Of a stretch of 64,000 nt of DNA, positions 26,583 through 38,269 are shown piece after piece. Numbering within the stretch: the stretch's first letter is position 1; every line of letters begins with the position of its first letter. The notes below the pieces were generated by a model. It ran no database searches. It was not told where the DNA came from and saw only the letters and a list, made by a program, of their open reading frames with translations. The position numbers and the translations under genes are program-made. The DNA comes from Diplonema japonicum. Its lineage: Eukaryota > Protista > Euglenozoa: Diplonemea. The stretch lies in NCBI GenBank assembly GCA_964019335.1, contig OZ025662.1, forward strand, positions 682,001-746,000, read 5' to 3'.

Positions 26583-29500
26583 ATGACAGGCTCCAGGTTC
26601 GCTGCTTCGAAAGAGCTTCCTGTTAAAACGCCTTCAGATGCCATAGCGCAGTTGCTTGATAAGATGAGTGCTTCTGTTGGAGGCGACATGGAGACGGTGA
26701 TTGAAGTGTGTTTAGATGCTTCGTGGCGTGTTGTAGATAGAACGGACACAATCCCACATGCCGCTGTGAAGTGGTTCAAAACAATGAATGAAGACATCGC
26801 TGCTGAGGTGAGCGCCAAGTTCAGCGACGGTATTGCCAATGCGAAGGGTATTGATGCACCAGAACAGATCACGAAACTTGACTTCTACGACCCGCACTAC
26901 GAAGTCCCTGTGGGCATGGACGAGATATACTCATACCTCCAATCCTGGAAAACACCCCTTGGCGCTTCCATATGGGAGTCCACCGCCGTTGGCGACCTTC
27001 AGGCCACAGGGAGCGTCATTGCCGAACATCACCACAGCGAGCAGCCTGAGGATATCGTCCTACCTCTGTACATCTACAGCGCGTCGCAGATCGGGAGCAG
27101 AGTGATCTGGTGCGCCAACATGGATGACAGGAATTGGGAGCTTCTCGACGGGGAGCGCTTTGAGGAGGCCTTCAAGTCAGGCGACACATTTGAGCTGAAG
27201 CGTTCGATGTTCCCCGATCTCTCTGGAAACCTCATCAGGTCAGACTGCGCAATGGTCAAGGTGCCGTCACACCCCAGCGACGACGTGCAGGCATTCCAAA
27301 CGCTCACTTCGTCAGACGAGCATGTCACCATAGTGCGCTACGAGCACTCCAAAAGGGGTGATTCGCTACTGGGGCCATACAGCGACACGGTGAGCTGGCT
27401 ACCGTTTCCTAGCATTGAACATCAGTTCCAAGTGCCCCTTACTAGCATGCCGTCATCGGGTATTTTGGAATATCTCTACTCCAGAGGCGCAGAGGAAACT
27501 GTCTCCTGGCATCCCGAGTGGTCATCCAGATTTGCCCTTGGCCAGGCCATTGAGATGCTGATCAAGGTCTTGTTTGCAGTGACAGACCAGCAGACATTCG
27601 ACTTGAAAATGTACAGGCACTTCACCATACTTATAGAGAGCTTGCTGGGCACGCCGGAGGAACGCAGGAAGAGGGAAGACGACATGAAACAAGTGCTAGT
27701 GGAGATGGTGTCGGAGGGGGCGAGCGACAGCAGCAGCCTGGGCCACGCCGCGTCGGTATCGGCGATACGGCTGTTCATAGGCTCCGGGCAGTTCATCTCC
27801 GAGCTAGCATTCCCACCAGCTGTGGTGAAGAAGCTTATCAACGCAAAGCTAGGCAGCAACCCTGAGCCGTCTCCAGCACTTCTAGCACATTCGCTTGAAA
27901 TCCAAGAGCTGCGGTGGTGTGGCAAGAAATACCTCTTGTCCTTGTCGGGAGAACGTAAGTATCTCATCACCGAAAACGGCGAGCTGGCAGAGGTCTTCCG
28001 CACTAACAACCCGTTCCCCGACCAGGTATTCTGGCTCTTGAATGCTGCAATGCGACACAAGCAATTCCAGACGCCCACAAAGCTGGAAGTTTACTCGGCC
28101 CGCCATCGAGGCGACTACGTGTACTGTCCTAACACAAAGGAATGGACAATGAACGGTGTCGCGGCAGTGCACAAGGAAGGGGAGTGGAGTGTTAATGGGG
28201 ACATTCTCGAGAAGAATCAGTACTGGCTTCAGATGGGGTCTTTTATGGTGCCGCAGGTGACACCCCTGATTTATTGGCTGGACAGAGCCCTGCGTGCTAT
28301 AGACGAGAAATGCGAGAAGCCCCAGACGTACCGCGGTCTGAAGAACGTGACACTGCCAAAGGAAGTATATGACAAGGACAAGGTTGTGTTGTGGTCTGCT
28401 TACTCGTCCTCCACTTCTGACAGGGGCGTAGCGAGCTCTTTTGCTAAGGACGACGGCCAAGCTGCGATTTTCGCGCTGCACGGAAACACTTGCGTCTGCA
28501 TCTCACCGTGGTCGAGGTTCAGCAGGGAGAGGGAGCTGCTCTTCCCCCCGAACTCGACCTTCCTCATCAGCGCCTCCCTCGATGAGACGCAGCAAGAGAT
28601 CTTGGGCGTTGCTAACCTGCAGCTCTTCAGCATGAAGGAGGTCGACCGTTACGGTGCAATGGTTGTCTACCTGCGCAAGGTGGTGAATCACGTAATCAGC
28701 ACTGTGCAAGCAGCAATGGTGCCGGTGCACGTCAGGCAGCTATTCAAGATCATGAGATGCTTTGAAAAACATGATCTAGATGGTGCTTTGGAACACACGT
28801 GTGACCCAGATGAGCCTGTGCTCGGCACTCCTGAGGGCGTGGCACTGGCACGCATGCTCATAGACATCGGTGCCGACCCTGGGGTACGCACAAAGGTGGC
28901 GATGAGGTCGCAGGATGCTTCGGTGGAATCGTTGTCGCAGCTGGTGATGGCGGGGGGCTCTTGGGCGGATGCCTTTGAATGGGTGTTGATGTACGAGAAG
29001 CAGAACAGGGAGGCCATCGACAGCCTGTGTACTTTTCTTGGTGACTCTATTTTGAAGCATGAAGGATTGCTGGTATCTGAGCAGTCTGAGTTTGAGATGC
29101 TTTTAAGCGGTGTCTGGGACAGAGTCGCAACCTCTGATTCAGAGCACTTCGTGCCTCAGGTCACTGTGACGGGTCTCAAAGGGAAGGCTTCTTATCTCAA
29201 TGGGCTGTATGCGAGACTCGATGCGAATAGTGCCGCAAAGATGGGGCTGCACCCTGAGAAAACTTTCGCGAAGGTCGCCACAAGAGTAAACTCTTGGGCA
29301 CACATATCGTACAACGAGCACCACGATTGCTGGTTTTTGGATGATGCCTACATGAAAGAATGCAGGCAGACTCGAGGCGAAGCAAGCGAGGCTGTGGCAT
29401 TCATGTGGCCGCCGCCATTTCGTGCGAGGCCTGTGAATATGTGTTTGCTGGGAAAGTGGATGGATGGGTTTTGTGTGATCTTTTCTAAGCCTGCGGTGCC

Positions 29501-32500
29501 GAAGGACAAGCAGGTGGCGTGGACGGATCAGGACCTGGCCTCGTTCGAGGGGTTGGATGAAGATGTGGACAGCGGGACTGTCGAGCGGTTCAAAGCAAAT
29601 GGGCCGCAGCAGTGTAGTGAAGATTCACGTGTAAAGCTGAACAGGCACAGCGCAAAGCCTTGGTGGAATGGCGGGACAAACTTCAAAATCCAGACAACAA
29701 TCCATGAGCAGGACCTGGTGGAGCTCCGTTTGGGGAACAGCGTGCGTCGTTTGGTAAGCCATTCATACGGACGCGGCTTTGCGATGGGCATAGCACATGA
29801 TAAACGAAAGACATACGCACGCACCCCTGGCAGAGTTGAGCAGTCCGTTAACCTGAGCCGCGGGGAGCTGCCTTTCAACAAGCACTTGGCCGAAGGCTGG
29901 GAAGCTTTCCAACTGCTGCTAACCGATGAGAAGCACCGCGAGATTACAGAAAAGATCAAAAAGCGCGTATCGCTACTGGAGGGCAGAGTCCCACCAAATG
30001 ATTGTTGCAGCAACATAAAAACTTCGTTTTCGACGCCGGCTAAATACGAGCGAAGGGCGAGGCTGAGGACCGACGAAACGACGTGTCCCTCAGCCCTTGA
30101 GATCGTGGACGGGATAGGGTGCGGGTTGTACAAGATGAAGTCTGAACTGTGCTATGAAACAGAGGCAGGGTTCAAGTTTTTCAAGAAAGACGAAGAAAGC
30201 AAATGGCTGCTGAAGGTACCCGAGAGTGTTGTAGACTATCAGATGTTGCTGAATGCCACAGTCGAGGCTGTCAACGATAACGAGCTCAAGACGTACCTGG
30301 AGGAGACAGAGGCACAGAAGACTGAGGCTATTAAAGCACTTCGGTCGTGGGATGGCGACCTGTGTTGCAGTTTTTCCAGCCAACGCACCGGCTTGCTGAG
30401 CCGCAACATCGTAGAGCTCCTTGACATCTGCAGGTTGGACAACAAGGAGGATACCGACGCTGAGGACTACTCAGATGTGGTGCGAATGTTCCAAGACGAC
30501 GCAGAGGCTACCATCAAGAGTATGTGCTGTGCATGAAAGAAAAAGAGAAAATAAAAGAGTTGCTGCCGCTGTCCAGAGTAATCGAAGCAAAGGCGCACAT
30601 CCTGAAGCACCAAAAGCAGAACATGCCAGGCATAGACGACAAGTCTCTGGACTGGATTGAAGCACTGCGGGTTGTCATGAACATCGCAAGGACCACGAGC
30701 GACAAGAACGGCGAGGCTGCCGAGGTATTATGTTTGTGCTTTACCTATCACACATCAGCATGAACATGTGCGCGAATGTGACATCATTCCTGCAGATGGC
30801 ATTCTTGTAAGGAGCACGAGGCAAGTGGGTGCTGCAAACCCCACGTGCGCCATTGTCGAAGGGTGGACAGGGAGTGATTGGGCTTCCGTTGCGCCACCTG
30901 TCTCTAAGGTATCTTTATCTTTATCTATGATGCTTCCAGGTGCCGAACCTCCTGAGGGTCACAGGCGAGGCTGCCGTGGAGGGGAGCTACACAAGCTTTT
31001 ACGGCGAAGCCTGGGTGGACCACGCCACTGGCAATGTAATGGATTTGCGTCACGACTACTACGTGTTCTGCGACAAGCACGGCAGCGAGCTTCTCAGGAG
31101 CAACGTGCAAAAGTACGGCAGAGCAGCCGAGGACATCAAGTCATGGGCGGTGAAGAAAGGTGAGGAATGGGAAGAGGTGATGCACGTGGCAGTCGAGAAG
31201 CCTGTACGTGTCGTGAGCATGCATGGGACACTAGCTGCACGCGGCGGGGACATCATAACCATAGGCGTAGGGCAGGCAGGTGTGCAGATCTGCGAGTCGC
31301 TCTTGTCACTTTACAGCATCGAGCCATCAGGCGTGTCTGCGTACCACAACTGCTTGTTCAACGTGACAGAAAGCGCTGCCCTGTCACGGGCTCTGCTGAT
31401 CGACACCGATGACATGGTCCTCAACACGCTGAAAAGAAAGAGGTACAACTTCTTGTCAGACGAGAACTTCTATTCATTGAACTCACGGGACAGCGTGACG
31501 TGGGAACGAGGCAGAGGCCTGTACCGTGAAGAGGTCCTAGAGGCCGTACAGAAACACCTGGAAGCTGCTGACCGAATAGCGGCTATTCATTTTGTCCACG
31601 CAGTAAGCGGTGGCACAGGTCCTGCTTTGACAGAGAGAATCATTCAAGAGATGGGGTGCAAAAAGATAACAAAGAAGGCTTTCCCCATTTTCCCCTCACC
31701 CGTCAACGCTTCTTTAGACACACAAGTTGCACCGTACCATGCGTGTCTTTACTACGCAGGGATGTCTACCTTGTGCGACCTAATCGTCCCCTTTGACAAC
31801 GAAAGCATGCGCAGGGTCCTTATCAGCAGGACAGATGCAAGGAGGCCACTGTTCGGTGATTATAACGAGATTGTGGCGAATGTAGTGTCGGCGTGCTCCG
31901 ACAGCATGCGGCACGACGGGCCTATCTCGGTCAACCCCACAGGCATCACGCAGGGTTTGGTGCCGTACCCGCAGCTGCGTTACGCGTGGGCGGGACTTGC
32001 TCCAATGGTAGAGCATCGCGCGAACAAGCTATCGCTGAACTCGCTGGCGTTGAGTGCCTTGTCCGCACCTCTCACGGGAGCCGACTACATGAAGTCTACG
32101 ATGTCAGTGGGGCTATTCATGCGTGGCCCGAATATCGAGGCAAGCAAGGCGCACATCACGAGCTACAACCTGAATTATGTTAGAAAAGGCAGGCAGTACC
32201 TCCCTGTAGCAGACTGGTCCCCCTGCAGCAGGTTCCTTTCTGTGTGTCACGCGCAGCCGCCGAAGCCACTGCACAGCTTTACTTTGCGCGACAGAACCGT
32301 GACGACGCTGACGTCGGGACTCGGTATCACAGTGCCAATGCAACAGATCAAAAGGTCGTTCAATCTTCTGATGAACCAAAGAAGTTACCTGCACTGGATG
32401 ATCAAAGACGGGATGGAGGAGGATACACTCAAACAGGCGGGTGACAGTACTACAAGCCTCATCAAAGAGTACAAAAACGCATGCGCAGAGCCAGATTACT

Positions 32501-32505
32501 TCTGA
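26583..32505 (+). CDS. ADP-ribosyltransferase-tubulin fusion protein 3 (~1939 aa)
   Basis: Proposed exons 26583-30519, 30558-30724, 30759-30908 and 30940-32505; the first acceptor is an AAG and is less certain. ART motifs YRG, YSSST and FSRERELLFPP. Tubulin from about 31243: IGVGQAGVQI, RALLIDTD, SGGTG, FDNES, LVPYP, RSYLHWMIKDGMEE. Confidence 0.78.
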
Positions 32506-32578
32506 CTTCCGTCAGCAGCTGTAGTTTTATTTACATACATCGCACTTTCCTTCTTCTGTTCACACCCAACAGGCTACA

Positions 32579-35500
32579 ATGATCCTTGATGTTCTGGTAG
32601 CAATTTCATTGATCTCCGTCGCAGTCGCGCAGTACACCTTCGTTGCTGACCAGTGGTGCCTCACACACGATGATTGCAGGGAGTATGGCAGATTTCCTGA
32701 TTTGGGAGCGACATGCGAGCAGGGTAGGTGCTACTGTACTGACAGATATGAGTACATAGGAGAAGGCCTCTATCACTGCGCGCACAAAAACAGTACCGGG
32801 AACACGTATTCTTACATGTACAGCTGGGTGTTCCCCAACGGTGACTGCACAGCTGTGGACGCCAATGTGAGAGCGCACGTTGCCAACGTGTTCAGCATGG
32901 TATTCGGAGTGGGGCACAAGGTGTCGTTGGAATTTTATGTGTGCGCCAACGATACGACACCTGTGTTCCACACGCGTGGCACCTTTGATGCTACAGACCC
33001 CATGGGTTCCATCTCCCTCAGCGACATGGTGACGATCGCACTACGCCTCATCAGCAACAACTCCTACCTCTCGGACTTGACAACCGCACTTCAGTTCTCC
33101 TCTGCAAGCGATGTCATTGCATCCCGTGCAATAGTAGGTGCCTTGTGCACTGTTCCAAACACAGTCAAGACGGTTGAAATCTCGGGCACCTGTCACTCCA
33201 TCAAGTGCTCAAACGACTACGGCCTCTCTATTGTGAACAACCAGCAGGTCTGCGTCGGTAACGATGACTCTCTTGCAGCAACAGACATTGTTGGCATCTT
33301 GTTTGCTGGGCTCATCGGTTGTGTGATCTGCTGTGTGCTGTGCTGCTTGTGCTACACGGGGTACACGAAGAAGGACAAGGTCGTCTACTACGAAGATAAG
33401 CTTGAGAACACACCTCTGTCACGGGAGCCCATCTACGACCCCTACAACCCAAGGTCCACCACACCCATCGATGGCCCCCTAGGGTCAGCATCTCCAGGGT
33501 CGACAGTGCCCCACGGACAGGTGGCAAGACAGCATGCCATGGCTCACGGTGTCTTAGGAGCACCATACAAGTCAGGGGACCGCGCCATGCCGGGCTTTGA
33601 AAGGCCAGGCCCTGACGGAAGGTTCTTAGATGGCACATTCGCTGCTCTGGGTCCTGATGGTAGGTTTCCGGATGGCACGTATGGGTGGCCTAAGCCCGAT
33701 GGGAGGTTTCACAATGGTATCTACGCTCAGCCCAGTCCAGACGGCAGGTACCCTGATGGTTCGTTTGCAAAGCCCGGCCCCGATGGCAGATGGCCTGATG
33801 CATGCTTAGGTCCTGACGGGAGGTACCCAGATGGTTCTCAACCCGGCCCTGATGGCGTGTATCCTGACGGTACAGTCGCAAGACGTGGTCCTGATGGCAG
33901 GTATTATGACCCACGGCCATATGCTGATGGTAGAATCCCTGATGGCACCTTTCTGAAGCCAGGCCCCGATGGAAGGTACCCAGACAGCATGCTGCCGGGT
34001 CCCGGGGGAAGGTACCCTGATGGCACCATAGCCATGCGTGGCCCCGATGGCAGATATTACGACCCACGCCCGTACGGTGGCCAGCATGCTGGTCTCAATC
34101 GCACTCTGCCAGAGCTGGGCCCTGGTGGAAGATACCCCGACGGTGCTCAGCCGGGTCCAAATGGTCGGTACCCTGATGGGACGCTAGCAATGATGGGGCC
34201 AAACGGTAGGTATTACGACCCCAGACCATATGCTGATGGCACCTACCCTGATGGAACAGTGATGCCTGGGCCTGACGGGAGATACCCAGATGGCAGCTAT
34301 GCGCAGCCTGGTCCTGACGGCAGGTATCCTGATGGTACATATGCAAAGCCAGGTCCCAATGGTCGGTACCCTGATGGTTCATACGCGATAGGCCCCGATG
34401 GTCGGTACCCTGATGGCGCCCAGCCTGGTCCTGATGGAAGGTACCCCGACGGCACAATGGGCAGGCTTGGTGCTAATGGAAGGTACTTTGACCCCAGACC
34501 ATATGCTGATGGCACCTACCCTGATGGCACGATAATGCCTGGGCCTGACGGGAGATACCCAGATGGCAGCTATGCGCAACCCGGTCCCGACGGTAGGTAT
34601 CCTGATGGAACAATTGCGCTGGTGGGTGTTGACGGAAGATATCCTGATGGGACGTATGAAAAGAAATCAGGTGTCCCTTCTGGGAGTCGTGGTGTCCCTT
34701 CTGGAAGTCGTGGTGTGCCAGGCAACGACGGTGGACACCCCAGTGGTACTCGTGTTCCTGGCGGCTTTGGTTATGCAGCAGCAGTGTTAGGCCCTGATGG
34801 TAGGTACCCCGAAGGCACTGAGCCTGGTCCGGATGGCAGGTATCCGGACGGCACAGTTGCGCAGCGTGGCCCTGACGGCAAGTACTTTGACCCCCGTCCT
34901 GCTGGTGGCAGCAGAGGCCTTGGAAGCAGGCAAGGCCCCGACGGGATGGCTGCTACGAGCGGTTCACGCAACGTGCCAGGCTCACCTGAGATGTCGACGT
35001 CAGCGAAGACAAATACTTTAATGGGGGCTGGTGTAGGGGTGTTGGCGGGTGGTGCTATGGGTGGTGCGTTGATGAGTAATAAGAAAAGTGATAAAGAAAA
35101 AGACAAGCCAGAGGGGCTCATATATCCAGACGGCGACGGGCCACTAATCAAGTCGCGGGACGAGATGAGGAGCAGTACGGGCATGGCTCCAAACACCACC
35201 CCCACCAGGGAGAGGAAGTCACCCATGTCCAACCCTTCTAACACCTTCCCAGGCAGCCAGCGCCCATCGGCCAGGTCAATCGAGCCGTTGGACTCGAACG
35301 ATGACTTGCCGCGCTTTGGCAGCGATCCCTCTCCTCCATACCCAGTAGGCTCTAGTGGTAATAATGACCAGGGTGTGGATTTCGCAGCTATGCTTGCAGG
35401 GGCAGGAGTGGGCATGGCTGCGGGAGGTATTGTAGGGGCGGCTGCTGCTGGGGCAGCTGAAAAAGGGAGCTCACGAAGAGGCTCGGATGCAGACAGAAAA

Positions 35501-36856
35501 GGTGCGGAAGAAGGGACAACCGATCCAAGGGGAGCCAAGCAGTCCGAACAAGGTTCTGCTAGACACGTCACGGAGGGGGCGAAGAGCGCGGCACTGCCTG
35601 GACAGACAGCAGGTCTCGCAGCTCAGCAGGCGTCCGCAGGACATAGCGCTGCAAACAGCCCCGCGAAGGGCAGTGAACAGGGAGACCAAGGTCGCCTGAC
35701 AGAGGCGCACCGGGCTACGTCCGCATCTTCCGGACTGCCGTCTCTCTCCACGGAACAGAAAGTGGCTGGCGCCACAATTCTCGGAGCGTTGGCCATGAGC
35801 AAGGCTAGGAAGGAGTTCAAGAAAGATGTAAAAAACTACAGAGATTCTGAGAAAGATCGAAGGTATTAATATAATTCAAAGGTTGCATTCATCCAACCAC
35901 AGGGACTGGCTGGCAAAAGGGAAGTCTGGGTCCATCGGGATGAACATGGACAGGGACATGAGGGTATGTTTTAAGGTGGAAATACTCTACTACCGACAGG
36001 TACTTGCGCTTGTGAGCAATGGAGCAGGGGTGCAGGCAGGGGTGGAGGTAGGTGACTTGATTCTGCAGATCGAGAGCATCCAGAAGGGCGGGGGGTGGGT
36101 AAAGATCCCGGTGCCCAATAGGGGGAGGTTCTTGGAGTCGGTGGGGCCTCAGAGCGAATTGTTCGCAGGGCGGGACGTGAAGATCACGCTGATCAGAGAC
36201 CAACGTGAGCAGAGCAAGTGGAAGGCAATGAACCACCGTGCGCCGAGAAAGGGGTTCCAGCCAGACACCATCGTGTGGAACAACGCGATTGATGGCGCGA
36301 AGCACATGGTGGTGGAGGCAAAGCTGCAGGACGAAAGCGACAGGGTGATGGTGACACGGGAGAAGAGGATGCAACACATCAAGGAACAGAAAGGACTGAA
36401 ACAGATGGACATAGGACTCATCACTGACATTTTGTATGGAAAAGCAAGTAAAAAAAAAGAAATGTTTACAACTAAACAGGAACAATCCTCCAGCGGCCAG
36501 GGAGTACATACGTAGGGTCTTCACCAAGGCTGATGACTCCCACAAGGGTAAAATAGGACTCACTGGGCTGGTGTCTGTGTGCACTGATGTGGCAATTGCT
36601 ACTGGCTGCCCACCCCCTGGTAAGGAGGATTCCCAACGTCTGTTTGACTCTATAGACACCAAGCACGACGGGTATGTGGAAAATAGTAACAAAGAAAAAG
36701 TATTTTTGTTTTTCTTTTCACAGAGCTGTTTCGTTTGACTTGTTCTTCCCTTACTTCCGACTTTACCAGATCAAGACTATAGCCAGGCACCATGAAACGA
36801 TAGAGTATGTGAAGGGGGGGGGAAAAGAAAAAAGAGGGGTAAACAAATACAGGTAA
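32579..36856 (+). CDS. Type I membrane protein: signal peptide, Cys-rich ectodomain, TM, cytoplasmic GPDGRYPDG repeats, PDZ-like domain and EF-hand pair
   Basis: Introns 35863-35902, 35964-35999, 36434-36479 and 36672-36723 join ORFs 32579, 35883, 36436 and 36674 in frame. PDZ-like GSIGM..VLALVSNGAGVQAGVEVGDLILQI; EF loops DDSHKGKIG and DTKHDGAVSFD. Confidence 0.7.
33605..34895 (+). repeat. Coding tandem repeat (P)GPDGRY(P/Y)DG, several dozen units
   Basis: Visible in the translation. Larger block duplications also occur, e.g. YYDPRPYADGTYPDGT(V/I)MPGPDGRYPDGSYAQPGPDGRYPDG twice. Confidence 0.9.
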
Positions 36857-38269
36857 GAGAACTAAAACAAGAGTTTAAAAAATAAAAATAAAATGGAACG
36901 AATAGAAAGGAGAAAAGAAGGGAGAAGGGGGGGGAATATTTTCCCCTCCCCTGCCTTCTTTTTCTTCCCCCGTATCTTCCCCAGCCCCTCTTCCAGCATT
37001 TTGTCAAGTCATTGCCGTCGTGGCCCGATTCAACAAACTGGAACCCAATTGCATGTCAGTTTTTTTTTTTTTTTTTAATACTTCTTAAAGATGAACACAA
37101 GGCAGATGGATATCCAAGGCTTCTTTTTTGCGGCTATTTTTCTTCCCCCCCCCCCCGGCAGTTCTTCATTGCCATATCTTCACTCGGAGGCTTCCTTTTA
37201 TAGTCAATTGAAAGCGCCAAGCGGAGACCGTGAAAAGAAGGTCCTCTCTTTGTTCTTTTTAACCCTTCTGAATACTCACCCCGAGTCGAAATGTGTCTTT
37301 GTGTCTATTCTTATTGGGGGAATCATGCAATAAAACTTCTCCTCTTATGGCGATCTTTCTTCTTGCTTCCCCCCTTTTTTTTCTTCTTCCGTGTTTGTCT
37401 TTATTCTTTTAGTTTCTGTTCACTGTGTGTGTAAAAGATCTGGTTTCAGTAAAGAGGCCCCCCCCCTTGGCTTGTATTGGTTTTTCTTCTCCCCCTGCCA
37501 GTCAGTTCTCATCCTCCACTTCGTGAATTTTATTTCTTTTTTTTTTCCCCTTTATATTGCTCCTTTTGGGTGCATGAGTTTTTAATCTGTGAGTCGTGCT
37601 TGAAAATGGTCCTTTTCCTTCTTTCATCATAGTGAATTATATTTCTTTTCACCCTCCCATATCTCTAACAAGGGAAGGTTTTGCGAACAAAGATTTGTTC
37701 GCAAGAAGAGAGGGTGGGGTTTCTCTCTTTCTTTTTCCCTCAATTCCAGGATCAATATTGCTGTATGTGCCCCCGCCTATAGGAGGAGAACTGAGACAGA
37801 GGGAAAACAAAAATTTAAAAAAAGGAATTTCCCACCAAGTCGGGGGAATAGAAAGAAAAGCGAAAAAAAAAAAAAGAGAAGGAAAAAGGAACCAGCAGGG
37901 TATCATACCCCTCGCCCCCCTTCCCTTCCCCATCTGTACCCCATCGCCCCTTCCCAGCCTTGTTCAGTTTTTTTTTTTTTTTTTTTTTTTTTTGTTGTTT
38001 CATTCTTTCAAAAACACTTTGCCCTTTTTACAACCATTGGTCGGGCTGGCCACCCATAGATCGTAGAGCGGCTCCTTTACCTTGGCCTTTCTTGCCAATG
38101 GTCCATTCGAATAGGCCGAGTACCGCGTTGCACCTTCTCTGTCTGCCCAGATGCAACTGTCAAGGGTGAGTAGCTGAACTCTCTTGTTGCAGTCATTCCT
38201 TTGAAGCACAAGAAGAAGAAGAAGAAAGAAACATTAGTGTTCCCAGCATACAAAAAGAAAGAAGAAAAG

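Noticed and set aside
30768-30779. VREC, resembling the tubulin autoregulatory MREC N-terminus
   Set aside because: The codon is GTG inside an internal exon about 150 aa before the tubulin domain, and the following residues do not resemble tubulin.
33605-34895. Regularly spaced short DNA repeats that could mimic a CRISPR array
   Set aside because: The repeats are in-frame peptide repeats with synonymous variation inside a eukaryotic CDS; there are no unique spacers or cas genes.
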